63,149 nt of DNA from an uncultured Clostridia bacterium (lineage in GTDB: Bacteria > Bacillota > Clostridia > Christensenellales > UBA1242), in contig CALBKX010000005.1 in assembly GCA_937895935.1 (NCBI GenBank), forward strand, positions 1 to 63,149, in the 5' to 3' direction. This document shows positions 16,667 to 26,754 of this stretch, one piece after another. The notes below the pieces were generated by a model, which saw only the letters and a program-made list of their open reading frames with translations, was not told the DNA's origin and did not search any database. The translations under genes and the position numbers were made by a program. The number at the start of each line of letters is the position of its first letter. Within the stretch, counting starts at the first letter, position 1.

Positions 16667-17620
16667 TTATTCTTCATCGTTGCGAAGACCCAAGCCATAA
16701 GCTTGAAGTTTAGCAACAACTTCTTCTATTGATTTTAAGCCAAGGTTTCTAACCTTTAACATATCACTCTTAGATTTTTTAGTTAAATCATCTACAGTGT
16801 TTATATTTGCTCTCTTTAAGCAGTTGTAAGATCTTACAGAAAGATCCATTTCTTCAATAGGCATTTCTAATACTTTAACTTGTTCGTCTTCTTCTTTTGA
16901 AACCATAATTTGCATATCGCTCATATTGTCACAAAGTTCAATAAACAAGTTAACGTGCTCATTGATAATTTTGCCTGCAAGACTAACTATCTCACGAGCT
17001 GTAATAGTACCATTTGTTTCAACCTCTAAAGTTAATTTGTCAAAATCAATGCTTTGACCAACACGTGTACTTTCCACAGCATAATTAACTTTTTTAATTG
17101 GTGAGAACAAACTATCCATTGCAATGAAATCTGCTGAAGGGAGTTTTTCTTTATTGATATTATTAGGAACATAACCCCTACCTCTACCAATTAACACTTC
17201 TAAATCAAAATTTGCATCGCTGTCGCAAGTACAAATATGAAGCTCTGGATTTAAGATTTCAATATCAGTATTAGAATCAAAATCAGATGCTTTAATTTCT
17301 CCAGCACCTTTTTGTTTAAGGTGAAGAATAGTTGTGAAATCTTTATCAGTGTTATCAGTTTTAACTGCAAGGTATTTTAAGTTAAGTATGATATCAACAA
17401 CGTCTTCAGTAACGCCAACAACACTTGAAAATTCGTGCATTACATTTGTAATTCTTATTGCTATTGGTGCAACTCCAGGAAGACTTGAGAGAAGAGTTCT
17501 TCTCATAGCATTACCAAGTGTTATACCATAACCTTTTTCAAGTGGTTCTACTATAAAACGAGCATATGAACCACCCTCTGTTTCTTCACAAGTGATTCGT
17601 GGTTTTTCCATTTCCATCAT
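16667..17620 (-). CDS. rpoA: DNA-directed RNA polymerase subunit alpha
   Basis: ITLGNAMRRTLLSSLPGVAPIAIRI in the N-terminal domain. Alpha-CTD motif: LSVRSYNCLKRANINTVDDL. Confidence 0.97.
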   Translation of the reverse strand: MMEMEKPRITCEETEGGSYARFIVEPLEKGYGITLGNAMRRTLLSSLPGVAPIAIRITNVMHEFSSVVGVTEDVVDIILNLKYLAVKTDNTDKDFTTILHLKQKGAGEIKASDFDSNTDIEILNPELHICTCDSDANFDLEVLIGRGRGYVPNNINKEKLPSADFIAMDSLFSPIKKVNYAVESTRVGQSIDFDKLTLEVETNGTITAREIVSLAGKIINEHVNLFIELCDNMSDMQIMVSKEEDEQVKVLEMPIEEMDLSVRSYNCLKRANINTVDDLTKKSKSDMLKVRNLGLKSIEEVVAKLQAYGLGLRNDEE

Positions 17621-17638
17621 AATTAATTATTCCTCCTA

Positions 17639-18259
17639 CTATCTTGAATATAATTCAATAATTAAGTGTTCTTTAATGCTTAAGTCGATATCATCTCTAA
17701 CTGGTAATGCTAAAACTTTACCTGACAAAGTTTCAGTGTTAAATTCTAACCATTTTGGCATAACCATTTTCATATCTTTAAGTTGTTTAAACATTTCAAG
17801 ATCTCTTTTGTTTTCTTTAACAGCAATAATGTCACCAACTTTAACTTGGTAAGAAGGAATATTAACTGTTTTCCCGTTAACTGTGATTTGACAATGGTTT
17901 ACAATTTGACGGCTTTCTTTTCTTGAAGAACCTATTCCCATTCTGTAAACTACGTTATCTAAACGTCTTTCAATTAATGAAAGCATATTTTCACCAGTAA
18001 CGCCTTTCATTCTTTCAGCTTCATCATAATATCTTCTAAATTGTTTTTCTAAGATACCATAAGCTTTTTTAACTTTTTGTTTTTCTCTTAATTGTGTGCC
18101 ATATTCAGTAACTTTCTTTCTAGAAGTTCCGTGTTGTCCAGGGGCAACAGGTCTTCTTTCCATAGCACATTTTTTAGTTGTGCATCTTTCGCCTTTAAGG
18201 AAAAGTTTGCAACCTTCACGGCGACATTCTCTACAATCTGCACCAGTACATCTTGCCAT
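17639..18259 (-). CDS. rpsD: 30S ribosomal protein S4 (Cys-rich, Zn-type N-terminus)
   Basis: [26 protein letters not shown] and [11 protein letters not shown], plus the S4 RNA-binding domain. Confidence 0.97.
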   Translation of the reverse strand: MARCTGADCRECRREGCKLFLKGERCTTKKCAMERRPVAPGQHGTSRKKVTEYGTQLREKQKVKKAYGILEKQFRRYYDEAERMKGVTGENMLSLIERRLDNVVYRMGIGSSRKESRQIVNHCQITVNGKTVNIPSYQVKVGDIIAVKENKRDLEMFKQLKDMKMVMPKWLEFNTETLSGKVLALPVRDDIDLSIKEHLIIELYSR

Positions 18260-18276
18260 ATATTAATTTCCTCCAA

Positions 18277-18666
18277 TTAAACTCTTCTGATTTTTGGTGG
18301 ACGGCAACCATTGTGAGCGATTGGTGAAACATCTTTAATGAGTGTAACAGCAATACCCATAGTTTGAAGAGAACGAATTGCAGACTCACGACCATTGCCT
18401 GGGCCTTTTACGTAAACTTCAACAGATTTGATACCGTTATCCAAAGCGACTTTTGCTGCATCTTCAACAGATTGTTGAGCTGCAAATGGAGTGCTCTTTT
18501 TTGAGCCTCTTAAACCGAATTTACCAGATGATGCCCAAGAAATTGCATTACCTTGCATATCTGTAAATGTCACAAGTGTATTGTTAAAAGAACTTTTGAT
18601 GTGAACTTGTCCTTTATCAATATTTCTAGACACTCTTTTCTTTTTTGACTTTTTAACGTCAGCCAT
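18277..18666 (-). CDS. rpsK: 30S ribosomal protein S11
   Basis: [46 protein letters not shown]. Confidence 0.97.
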   Translation of the reverse strand: MADVKKSKKKRVSRNIDKGQVHIKSSFNNTLVTFTDMQGNAISWASSGKFGLRGSKKSTPFAAQQSVEDAAKVALDNGIKSVEVYVKGPGNGRESAIRSLQTMGIAVTLIKDVSPIAHNGCRPPKIRRV

Positions 18667-18680
18667 TTTTATCTATCTCC

Positions 18681-19064
18681 TTAAACTGCTTTACCTTTTT
18701 TAGAGCTACCGCTTACGACTTTTTTCTTGCCTTTTCTTGTTCTGCAGTTGTTGCGTGTGTTTTGACCACGTACAGGTAAGTTTCTTCTATGACGAAGACC
18801 TCTATACGAGCCTATTTCTTGTAATCTTTTGATGTTCATAGAAACTTCTTTTCTTAAATCACCCTCAACAATTAAGTTGTGTTCAATATAGTTTCTAAGT
18901 TTTGCCACGTCATTTTCATCAAGATCTTTAACACGTGTATCTGGATTAATGCCAGTTTCTGCTAATACTTTGTTAGCAGTTTCACGGCCTATACCATAAA
19001 TATAGGTTAAGCCGATTTCAATTCTTTTTTCTCTTGGTAAATCGACACCAGCGATTCTTGCCAT
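18681..19064 (-). CDS. rpsM: 30S ribosomal protein S13
   Basis: [14 protein letters not shown] and [20 protein letters not shown]. Start at ATG 19062-19064 with a GGAGG RBS; the track ORF is 6 codons longer. Confidence 0.96.
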   Translation of the reverse strand: MARIAGVDLPREKRIEIGLTYIYGIGRETANKVLAETGINPDTRVKDLDENDVAKLRNYIEHNLIVEGDLRKEVSMNIKRLQEIGSYRGLRHRRNLPVRGQNTRNNCRTRKGKKKVVSGSSKKGKAV

Positions 19065-19112
19065 ATTTTTTATTTCCTCCAAAAATTTTTTGTTTTATGT
19101 GATGTATGTCTT

Positions 19113-19159
19113 CGTTTGCAAGATAAGTAAATCTCTTTACCAGCCGCACTTGCAAAACG
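19113..19159 (-). promoter_or_regulatory. Stem-loop in the 146-nt rpmJ-rpsM spacer (candidate alpha-operon leader structure)
   Basis: CGTTTGCAAG (19113-19122) pairs with CTTGCAAAACG (19149-19159), with one bulged A and a 26-nt loop. Most gene junctions in this operon are 31 nt or less. Confidence 0.3.
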
Positions 19160-19210
19160 TTATTTTTAATTTCAAATGATTATCTCAAAACATTTTTTCA
19201 CAACTAAATA

Positions 19211-19327
19211 TTAGCCTTGAGTTTGTTTATGAGATTTATCTTTTGAGCAAATTACCATAACCTTACCATTTCTTTTGATAACTTTGCATTTATCGCACAT
19301 TGGTTTTACTGATGGTCTTACTTTCAT
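19211..19327 (-). CDS. rpmJ: 50S ribosomal protein L36 (Zn-ribbon type)
   Basis: 38-aa product: [38 protein letters not shown]. Has a GGAG RBS. The track ORF is extended upstream. Confidence 0.95.
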   Translation of the reverse strand: MKVRPSVKPMCDKCKVIKRNGKVMVICSKDKSHKQTQG

Positions 19328-19358
19328 AAATTTCTCCTTTTTTAATTTAATAAGAGGC

Positions 19359-19580
19359 CTAGTTTTTTCCACGCCAAGTAATTCTACCCTTAGTGAGGTC
19401 ATATGGACTCATTTCAATTTTAACCTTATCACCTTCAAGAATTTTAATATAATTGATTCTTAATTTTCCTGAAAGGTACGCAGTAATTGTGTGTCCATTA
19501 GATAATTTAACTAAAAATGCGGTGTTTGGCAAAACTTCTTCTACCACGCCTTCAAATTCAATTACATCTTCCTTTGACAT
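19359..19580 (-). CDS. infA: Translation initiation factor IF-1
   Basis: [36 protein letters not shown]...[13 protein letters not shown], an S1-like fold signature. Confidence 0.97.
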   Translation of the reverse strand: MSKEDVIEFEGVVEEVLPNTAFLVKLSNGHTITAYLSGKLRINYIKILEGDKVKIEMSPYDLTKGRITWRGKN

Positions 19581-19595
19581 ACGTTCTCCTCTTAC

Positions 19596-19856
19596 TTAAT
19601 TTTGCTCTTTGAAAAATTTTATAGTCTTTCGTATTTCAGCATTTTGTACAGATTGTTTGCCAATAAGTTTATTTGCAATATCTTCTGCAAAAAAATTTGT
19701 TGCTAAAATATGTTTGACCTTTTTCTTCTTTGGTTTATCTATAGGTTTACTTTTACCGTTAACAAGAAAAACATATTCGTTTAAAACTTGTTCAACAATA
19801 TACCATTCACCCATATCGTGACCATAAGTAGAAATAACTATGTCGCCTATTTTCAT
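19596..19856 (-). CDS. Small KOW-domain RNA-binding protein (the map-infA intervening gene common in Clostridia)
   Basis: MKIGDIVISTYGHDMGEWYIVEQVLNEYVFLVNGKSKPIDKPKKKKVKHI. GAGG lies 9 nt upstream of ATG 19854-19856. Confidence 0.75.
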   Translation of the reverse strand: MKIGDIVISTYGHDMGEWYIVEQVLNEYVFLVNGKSKPIDKPKKKKVKHILATNFFAEDIANKLIGKQSVQNAEIRKTIKFFKEQN

Positions 19857-19860
19857 AATT

Positions 19861-20613
19861 TTAATCCTCAATTAATGTTGTGATAACAACGCCATTTTTG
19901 GTAACGATGACCGTATTTTCATAATGAGCAGATGGTTTTCCATCGCGGGTTTCAATCCCCCAGCCGTCCTCATTAATATAAATATATCTTTCGCCCATAT
20001 TAATCATAGGTTCAATAGCGAGGCACATTCCTTCCTTAACTCTAATTCCTTGAGAAGGTAATCCATAATTAGGGACTTCTGGAGATTCGTGCATATCGTG
20101 ACCTATGCCGTGTCCGACAAGTTCACGTACAACAGAATAACCATTAGACTCTGCATGTTTTTGAATTGCATAAGATAATTTGCCGAGTTTTTCACCAATT
20201 GCTAAATGTTTAATACCTTCAAAAAAGCATTGTTTTGTGACTTCAATTAGTCTAGCTTTTTCAGGGGAAATTTTCCCAACTGCAAAAGTTCTAGCTGCGT
20301 CACCATTATAGCCATTGATTATAGCTCCTACGTCTATGCTAACAATATCTCCTTCCTTAAGGATGGTGTTTACAGAAGGGATACCATGCACGACAACACT
20401 ATTAATTGATGCACAAATGCTGGCTGGATAGCCATCATAATTCAAAAATGACGGAATTGCACCTTTATCTATTATATACTTTTCTATCAATTTGTCAAGT
20501 TCAAACGTAGAAATATTTGGTTTTATCAAAGTTTCTGCGTATTTTAATGCCTGACCAGTTATTTTCCCGGCAAGCATCATACCGTCTATATCTTCTTGTG
20601 TCCTACAAATCAT
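19861..20613 (-). CDS. map: Type I methionine aminopeptidase
   Basis: VVHGIP, DVGAIINGYNGDAARTF, VGHGIGHDMHE, LAIEPM, HYENTVIVT (metal-ligand motifs). Confidence 0.96.
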   Translation of the reverse strand: MICRTQEDIDGMMLAGKITGQALKYAETLIKPNISTFELDKLIEKYIIDKGAIPSFLNYDGYPASICASINSVVVHGIPSVNTILKEGDIVSIDVGAIINGYNGDAARTFAVGKISPEKARLIEVTKQCFFEGIKHLAIGEKLGKLSYAIQKHAESNGYSVVRELVGHGIGHDMHESPEVPNYGLPSQGIRVKEGMCLAIEPMINMGERYIYINEDGWGIETRDGKPSAHYENTVIVTKNGVVITTLIED

Positions 20614-21245
20614 ACATTTTCTCCCGTTTTTTTAAGTAAATTATCTATTATTTCCTTAATTTTGCTTATTGCTACATCAATTTGCGAAGAATTATCTATT
20701 ACAATTATTTTCTTGTTAAAATATTCAATTAAAGGCTTTGTTTCTTTTTCGTAAACTTGTAGTCTATTTTTTACAATTTTTAAATCATCATCTGCCCTTT
20801 TAACAAGAACAGTTCCGCACTCTAAACATTTTCCATTTGTATCTTTTAAATTATATACTTTATGACAATTTGGACAAATTCGCCTATTTAATATTCTCTC
20901 TAAAATGATTTCATCTGGAACATCAATCATTAAAACTGCATCAACGTCAACAATTTTTTCAAGTTCTTTCGCTTGAATAATGTTTCGAGGAAATCCGTCC
21001 AAAATAAAGCCTATGCTTGTTTCTTTTTTTATTTCAGACTTTAACATATCCAAAATTATTTCAAGAGGTACCAATTGTCCTTTAGAAATGTGTTCTTCAA
21101 CTATTTTTCCATAAATAGTGTTATCTCTAATATTTTTTCGGCAAAGGTCACCTGTTGAAATATGAGTAAATCCGTAGTGTTTTTGCAAAAACTCTGCAAA
21201 CATACCTTTACCCGCACCAGGTTTGCCAAGTAAAACAATATTCAT
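20610..21245 (-). CDS. adk: Adenylate kinase (Zn-binding LID)
   Basis: P-loop LLGKPGAGKG. LID motif CPNCHKVYN...CLECG. Overlaps map by 4 nt. Confidence 0.96.
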   Translation of the reverse strand: MNIVLLGKPGAGKGMFAEFLQKHYGFTHISTGDLCRKNIRDNTIYGKIVEEHISKGQLVPLEIILDMLKSEIKKETSIGFILDGFPRNIIQAKELEKIVDVDAVLMIDVPDEIILERILNRRICPNCHKVYNLKDTNGKCLECGTVLVKRADDDLKIVKNRLQVYEKETKPLIEYFNKKIIVIDNSSQIDVAISKIKEIIDNLLKKTGENV

Positions 21246-21270
21246 TCATAATACTCCCAAATATATTGTA

Positions 21271-21314
21271 CACCTTTATAAGTAAAGGTGCAAACAAAAT
21301 TGCTTGCACCTTTA
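21271..21314 (-). promoter_or_regulatory. Two mutually exclusive hairpins in the secY-adk spacer
   Basis: Hairpin A: CACCTTTA (21271-78) pairs with TAAAGGTG (21283-90). Hairpin B: TAAAGGTGCAA (21283-93) pairs with TTGCACCTTTA (21304-14). They share 21283-21290, so only one can form. Confidence 0.4.
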
Positions 21315-21325
21315 TTTTTAAAGTA

Positions 21326-21361
21326 TTGGGTTAATTACTTTTTTAATTTTCTTGGGTTAAT
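21326..21361. repeat. 10-bp perfect direct repeat TTGGGTTAAT x2 in the secY-adk spacer
   Basis: Copies at 21326-21335 and 21352-21361, a 26-bp period. They lie immediately downstream of the secY stop (minus-strand sense ATTAACCCAA). Confidence 0.5.
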
Positions 21362-21367
21362 AGAAAA

Positions 21368-22669
21368 TTAATTTAAAAATCCTTTATAGTTTCTTGTTAT
21401 CATTTGAGATTCCAATTGTTTTTGGAATTCAAGAGCAACTGAAACTACAATCATCATTCCAGTAGCACTAAATGCTCCTGTTAAGGTTGTCAATTCTCCA
21501 CCAATTAACGCAAATACTACCGAAGGTACAAGTGCGATAAAAGCAAGAAAAACTGCACCAAATAAAGTCACACGTCTTGAAACTCTAGTTAAAAAATTTA
21601 CTGTATCCTTACCTGGCCTTACTCCCTCTATAAATCCACCACTTTGTTGAATATTTTTACTTATATCTTCTGGCTTAAATGTAATTTGAGCATAGAAATA
21701 AGTAAAGAATAAAATCAAAAGAGCGGTTAAAACAATATACAACCAAGTTCCTGACCCTAAAACTTTATTATATCCTTCAGCGGCATTAGGCCAGAATAAA
21801 CTTATTAACATATAAGGGAATGAGAGGATTGCACTCGCAAAAATGATAGGAATAACACCTGAACCATTAACCCTTACAGGAATAAAATTGCTTTGACCAT
21901 TATAGCCTTTTCTGCCATTAACTTGTTTAGCATATTGAACTGGAATTTTTCTTTCTGCCCCGTCAATAAATATGATAAGAGCAAATACTGCAATAACTGC
22001 AACGAAGAATACCAACAAATTCCATAAATATTTGGTATTTCCTCCAAAAATGTTTGTAAGAGTAAACAATATAGCAGTTCCTGCAGAAGAAAGAATACCA
22101 ACAAATATTAATAATGAAAGACCATTACCAATACCTGTTTCAGTAATTCTTTCGCCAAGCCAAACTGTAAACATTGCACCGGCAACAAGCACTATAACTG
22201 TAAACACAGGAGCAAAGCCTGCCATTGAACCAGACCATAGTCTTGTATCAAATAAAGTGTTTTTTGACAATGCAACGGTAATACCGATTGCTTGAGCTAC
22301 AGCAAGAATTAATGCTGCAATTCTTGTATATAAATTAATTTTTTTTCTACCATCTTCACCGCTTTGAGCAAGATCATCAAGTCTTGGAATTGCAACTTGC
22401 AAAAGTTGAATAATGATAGAAGCATTAATGTATGGTGATACACCAAGAGCCAAAATTGACGCATTGGATAATGCGCCACCACTAAGCGTACTTAAAAGTC
22501 CTAAAAATCCGTTTTGGTCTGCGGAAACCGAACTGGCAAAAACTTCTTTGTCAATACCAGGGATAGGAAGCCAACAACCAACACGAAACAAGAATAAAAG
22601 AATAAGAGTAATAAAAATCTTACGTCTAACCTCTTTTATTTTAAAAGCGTCAATTATTGTTTTAAACAT
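21368..22669 (-). CDS. secY: Preprotein translocase subunit SecY
   Basis: 10-TM profile with GGALSNASILALGVSPYINASIIIQLL and GIGNGLSLLIF. Confidence 0.97.
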   Translation of the reverse strand: MFKTIIDAFKIKEVRRKIFITLILLFLFRVGCWLPIPGIDKEVFASSVSADQNGFLGLLSTLSGGALSNASILALGVSPYINASIIIQLLQVAIPRLDDLAQSGEDGRKKINLYTRIAALILAVAQAIGITVALSKNTLFDTRLWSGSMAGFAPVFTVIVLVAGAMFTVWLGERITETGIGNGLSLLIFVGILSSAGTAILFTLTNIFGGNTKYLWNLLVFFVAVIAVFALIIFIDGAERKIPVQYAKQVNGRKGYNGQSNFIPVRVNGSGVIPIIFASAILSFPYMLISLFWPNAAEGYNKVLGSGTWLYIVLTALLILFFTYFYAQITFKPEDISKNIQQSGGFIEGVRPGKDTVNFLTRVSRRVTLFGAVFLAFIALVPSVVFALIGGELTTLTGAFSATGMMIVVSVALEFQKQLESQMITRNYKGFLN

Positions 22670-23115
22670 TAAATTACCTCTGTTTTTCCACCGACTTTTT
22701 CAATTTTTTCAACTGCAGATTTTGTGAATTTAGCAGCTTTAATAGTTAATGGTTTAGTAAGTTCGCCATCGCCTAAAACTTTAAGGCCATAAGGCATCAT
22801 TTTACCAATAACACGTGTTTCATATAAAAGTTCTTGTGTAATAACTGAGTTTGCGTCAAACATTTCCAAATCGCCAACATTTACTGTTGCATATTGCTTT
22901 TTAAAGTTGTAGTTGTTAAACCCACGAATTGGAAGTTTACGAACAAGTGGAAGTTGTCCACCTTCGAAGCCTGGACGAACACCGCCACCACTTCTTGCGT
23001 TTTGACCTTTATGGCCTTTACCGCTTGTTTTACCAAGACCTGAACCTAGTCCTCTACCAACTCTAAAAGATTTACGATTAGAATTTTTTGCTGGAGAAAG
23101 AGTTTGAATATCCAT
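22669..23115 (-). CDS. rplO: 50S ribosomal protein L15
   Basis: [25 protein letters not shown]. Confidence 0.96.
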   Translation of the reverse strand: MDIQTLSPAKNSNRKSFRVGRGLGSGLGKTSGKGHKGQNARSGGGVRPGFEGGQLPLVRKLPIRGFNNYNFKKQYATVNVGDLEMFDANSVITQELLYETRVIGKMMPYGLKVLGDGELTKPLTIKAAKFTKSAVEKIEKVGGKTEVI

Positions 23116-23124
23116 TGTTTCCTC

Positions 23125-23310
23125 CTATATTTCTTCCACTTTAACAAGGTGTCTAACGTGGAAAAGTGAACCACGAATAGACGCATTGTCTGGGAAGATT
23201 TTTGTTTGATTTAATTTTGTGAAGCCTAAAGCTTCAATAATTTTTGCTTGATTTTTGTTATAACCTATTTTGCTTCTGATATAGGTTACTTTAAGTTGTT
23301 TTTCTGACAT
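23125..23310 (-). CDS. rpmD: 50S ribosomal protein L30
   Basis: LKVTYIRSKIGYNKNQAKIIEALGF. Confidence 0.95.
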   Translation of the reverse strand: MSEKQLKVTYIRSKIGYNKNQAKIIEALGFTKLNQTKIFPDNASIRGSLFHVRHLVKVEEI

Positions 23311-23319
23311 AATTTCCTC

Positions 23320-23859
23320 CTATATCTCTTCAACGGCTATGCCACGACGAGCAGCAATTTGTTCTTTAGTTTTTAAAGTTTTTAAGCCATTTAAAGTTGC
23401 TTTAACAAGGTTAATTTTGTTTGAAGAACCGTGACGTTTTGTAACGATATCTTTAATTCCGGCAAGTTCAATAATTGAACGAGCTGCACCACCAGCGATA
23501 ACACCAGTACCTGGTTTAGCAGGGATAAGGTGAACAGATGTTGCACCGAATTTACCAATAATCTCGTGTGGGATTGTTGTATCTTGGGTTGAGATTTTTA
23601 CTAAGTTTTTCTTAGCTGAAGCTGTTGCTTTATCAATAGCTGAAGGAACTTCACCAGCTTTACCAGTTCCAATACCAACGCTACCTTTACGATCGCCAAC
23701 AACAACCATTGCAGAAAAACGCATTGTACGTCCACCTTTAACAACTTTAGTTACACGTCTAACGGCAACCAAAACTTTGTCAAAGCCATCGTCTTCGTGA
23801 CGTCTTTCTTCTTTTTCTCTTCTTGGTCTATCTTTTTTTACTTTATCTAAATCTGCCAT
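23320..23859 (-). CDS. rpsE: 30S ribosomal protein S5
   Basis: [30 protein letters not shown]. Confidence 0.97.
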   Translation of the reverse strand: MADLDKVKKDRPRREKEERRHEDDGFDKVLVAVRRVTKVVKGGRTMRFSAMVVVGDRKGSVGIGTGKAGEVPSAIDKATASAKKNLVKISTQDTTIPHEIIGKFGATSVHLIPAKPGTGVIAGGAARSIIELAGIKDIVTKRHGSSNKINLVKATLNGLKTLKTKEQIAARRGIAVEEI

Positions 23860-23868
23860 AACTTACTC

Positions 23869-24231
23869 CTAAAACTCGAGTCCTGCACTTCTTGCACCAT
23901 CGGCAAGAGCTTGAACACGTCCAGTATATAAATAACCGCCACGATCAAAAACTACATTTTTGATACCTTTGCTAATAGCAAGTTTACCTAATTTTTCACC
24001 AACAAGTTTTGCTTGTTCGGTTTTAGGTTTACCTGCTAAGTCTAAATCTTTATCAATAGAAGAAGCGCTAACAAGTGTTAAACCTTTAACATCATCTATT
24101 ATTTGAGCATAGATTCTAACATTACTTCTATATACGCAAAGTCTTGGACATTCAGCAGTGCCAGAAATGTTTTTTCTAACACGGTTATGTCTTTTAACTC
24201 TTTTTGCATTTCTATCTTCTTTATTTAACAT
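23869..24231 (-). CDS. rplR: 50S ribosomal protein L18
   Basis: [17 protein letters not shown] and [26 protein letters not shown]. Confidence 0.97.
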   Translation of the reverse strand: MLNKEDRNAKRVKRHNRVRKNISGTAECPRLCVYRSNVRIYAQIIDDVKGLTLVSASSIDKDLDLAGKPKTEQAKLVGEKLGKLAISKGIKNVVFDRGGYLYTGRVQALADGARSAGLEF

Positions 24232-24244
24232 TTATCCTATTCTC

Positions 24245-24793
24245 CTATTTTTTACCTTTTGCAGCAGTTTTTCCGACTTTTCTAATAACCTTTTCATCAG
24301 CATAATGTACGCCATATCCGTGGTAAGGTTCAACCGGTCTAACATCTCTAATGTTAGCTGCAAATTGACCAACTTGTTCTTTATTTGCACCAGATATTTT
24401 AATTTCAAGCATACTTGGACATTCTACTTTTAAGCCAGTAGGAATTTCCATATTAACATCGTGAGAGAATCCTAAACTTAAAACCAAAGTATTGCCTTTA
24501 ACAACTGCTTTATAACCAACACCGGCAATAACAAGGCTTTTGGTAAAGCCTTCGCTTACACCTTTAACCATATTTGCAATAAGTGCTCTATAAAGACCGT
24601 GTTTTGCTCTTGTTTCATTTTCGTCATTTGCTCTTGTAAGTGCTATTTTGCCATCAGCAATGTGAACAGTGATTAATTTATCAACAGTTTGAGTAAGTTC
24701 ACCTAAACTGCCTTTAACTGTAACAACATTGCCTGTAATAGAAGCAGTTACGCCAGCAGGAACAATAATTTCTTTTCTACCTATTCTTGACAT
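24245..24793 (-). CDS. rplF: 50S ribosomal protein L6
   Basis: MSRIGRKEIIVPAGV, GVGYKA, EPYHGYGVHYADE. Confidence 0.97.
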   Translation of the reverse strand: MSRIGRKEIIVPAGVTASITGNVVTVKGSLGELTQTVDKLITVHIADGKIALTRANDENETRAKHGLYRALIANMVKGVSEGFTKSLVIAGVGYKAVVKGNTLVLSLGFSHDVNMEIPTGLKVECPSMLEIKISGANKEQVGQFAANIRDVRPVEPYHGYGVHYADEKVIRKVGKTAAKGKK

Positions 24794-24802
24794 AATCTCC
24801 TC

Positions 24803-25201
24803 CTACCAAACAAACGCCAACACTTCACCGCCAACGCCGGCAGCACGTGCTTGTTTATCTGTTAATATACCTTTATTTGTTGAAACGATTGCTATTCCAA
24901 GACCTGATATAACTTGTGGAAGTTTATCTTTTTGAGCATAAACTCTAAGACCAGGTTTAGATATTCTTTTAATTCCTTGGATAACACTATCGCCATTTTC
25001 ATCATATTTTAATGTGATGATTATATTTTTGTGACCATTTTCTTCTTTTTCGTCACAACCTGCAATGTAACCTTCTTTAACTAAGATGTTTGCGATTGTA
25101 AGTTTTTCTTTTGATGCAGGAACGCTAACTTCATTCAAGTGTGCGGTAAGTCCGTTACGAATACGAGTAAGCATATCTGCAATTGGATCTGTAAATACCA
25201 T
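24803..25201 (-). CDS. rpsH: 30S ribosomal protein S8
   Basis: DPIADMLTRIRNG and GGEVLAFVW. Start at ATG 25199-25201 with a GGAGG RBS; the track ORF is 5 codons longer. Confidence 0.96.
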   Translation of the reverse strand: MVFTDPIADMLTRIRNGLTAHLNEVSVPASKEKLTIANILVKEGYIAGCDEKEENGHKNIIITLKYDENGDSVIQGIKRISKPGLRVYAQKDKLPQVISGLGIAIVSTNKGILTDKQARAAGVGGEVLAFVW

Positions 25202-25209
25202 ATTTCCTC

Positions 25210-25395
25210 CTACCAACTAGATTTCTTAACACCAGGGATTTCACCTTTTGATGCTAATTCTCTAAAACAAATTCTGCATATTCCGTATTTTCTAAGAACT
25301 GCGTGTGGACGTCCGCAAATTGTGCAACGTGTATATTCACGAGTAGAAAACTTTTGTTTTCTTTGTTGTTTTGCTTTTAATGATGTTTTTGCCAT
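25210..25395 (-). CDS. rpsN: 30S ribosomal protein S14, type Z (zinc-binding, 61 aa)
   Basis: [23 protein letters not shown] (CxxC...CxxC). Confidence 0.96.
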   Translation of the reverse strand: MAKTSLKAKQQRKQKFSTREYTRCTICGRPHAVLRKYGICRICFRELASKGEIPGVKKSSW

Positions 25396-25404
25396 TTTTC
25401 CACC

Positions 25405-25950
25405 TTATCTTCTAAAAGGAATGCCTAAAGCGCTTAAAAGTGCTTTTGCTTCTTCGTCCGACTTTGCACTTGTAACGAATACTACATCTAATCCTCTTAC
25501 TCTATCAATTTTATCGTAAGAGATTTCTGGGAATATAAGTTGTTCCTTAATTCCTAAAGCATAATTGCCTTTTCCGTCAAAAGCTTTTGTGCTTATACCT
25601 TTAAAGTCACGTACTCTTGGAAGAGCAATAGAGATAAGTCTATCTAAGAACTCATACATTCTATTTCCTCTTAAGGTAACTTTAGCACCAATTTTCATAC
25701 CTTGTCTAACTTTGAAGTTAGAAATAGCTTTTTTAGAAACAGTTGCAATAGCTTTTTGTCCAGCAATTGCTGTAAGTTCATCAACAGCGATTTGGAAAGA
25801 TTTTGAATTATCTTTTACTTCGCCAAGTCCCATATTTAAAACGATTTTTTCGAGTTTTGGAACTTCGTTGATATTTTTATAACCAAATTCTTTGATAAGT
25901 GCTGGAACAACAGTTTCTTTATACATAATGCTTAATCTTGCTTTATCCAT
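25405..25950 (-). CDS. rplE: 50S ribosomal protein L5
   Basis: [18 protein letters not shown] and [20 protein letters not shown]. Confidence 0.97.
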   Translation of the reverse strand: MDKARLSIMYKETVVPALIKEFGYKNINEVPKLEKIVLNMGLGEVKDNSKSFQIAVDELTAIAGQKAIATVSKKAISNFKVRQGMKIGAKVTLRGNRMYEFLDRLISIALPRVRDFKGISTKAFDGKGNYALGIKEQLIFPEISYDKIDRVRGLDVVFVTSAKSDEEAKALLSALGIPFRR

Positions 25951-25955
25951 TATTC

Positions 25956-26357
25956 CTATTCTCCTTTATCTTCTTTTTTGGTTTTTTTAGATTCTTTAAC
26001 TGCTTTTTTAGCATCTTTTTTTGTAGCTTTTACAAATTCTTTATCTAAAGATGCACCGCATTTTGCACATATACGTACATTTTTGCCATCAATTTCTTTG
26101 TGTTTAACTCTTGTTGCTTTACCACAAGTTGAGCAAACTACCATAACATTTGAAGCTTCAATAGGAGCAGATTTTTTAATAATTCCACCCTTATCTTGTT
26201 GTGATTTTGGTTTTTGATGTTTAGTAACAACATTTATTCCATCTACAAGAACTTTACCAGTTTTTGGAGAAACTTCTAAAACGTCAGCAGTTTTGCCTTT
26301 TTCTTTACCAGTGATTACTAAAACTTTATCACCTTTTTTAACAAATGATTTTGCCAT
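25956..26357 (-). CDS. rplX: 50S ribosomal protein L24 with a CxxC...CxxC ribbon and a Lys-rich C-terminal tail
   Basis: KOW motif [16 protein letters not shown]. Also [29 protein letters not shown], then the tail [24 protein letters not shown]. Confidence 0.95.
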   Translation of the reverse strand: MAKSFVKKGDKVLVITGKEKGKTADVLEVSPKTGKVLVDGINVVTKHQKPKSQQDKGGIIKKSAPIEASNVMVVCSTCGKATRVKHKEIDGKNVRICAKCGASLDKEFVKATKKDAKKAVKESKKTKKEDKGE

Positions 26358-26372
26358 TTTATTTCTCCTTTA

Positions 26373-26741
26373 TTATATAACTTCTGGTGCAAGTGAAATA
26401 ATTTTCATATATCCCTTGTCACGAAGTTCTCTTGCAATAGGTCCAAAAATACGAGTACCTTTTGGTTGTCCTTGTTCATCAATAATTACAGCAGCATTGT
26501 CATCAAAACGGATATGAGAGCCATCTGGTCTTTGAAGACCTTTTGATGTTCTAACTATAACGGCTTTAACAACATCGCCTTTTTTAACGCTACCGCCAGG
26601 GATAGCAGATTTTACAGAAGCAATAATCACATCTCCGATGTTACCACTTCTTCTAAATGATCCACCTAATACTCTAATGCACATAATAACTTTAGCACCA
26701 GTGTTGTCGGCTACTTTTAATCTAGTTTGTGGTTGTACCAT
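26373..26741 (-). CDS. rplN: 50S ribosomal protein L14
   Basis: [17 protein letters not shown]. Confidence 0.97.
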   Translation of the reverse strand: MVQPQTRLKVADNTGAKVIMCIRVLGGSFRRSGNIGDVIIASVKSAIPGGSVKKGDVVKAVIVRTSKGLQRPDGSHIRFDDNAAVIIDEQGQPKGTRIFGPIARELRDKGYMKIISLAPEVI

Positions 26742-26754
26742 AACTTGCTACCTC

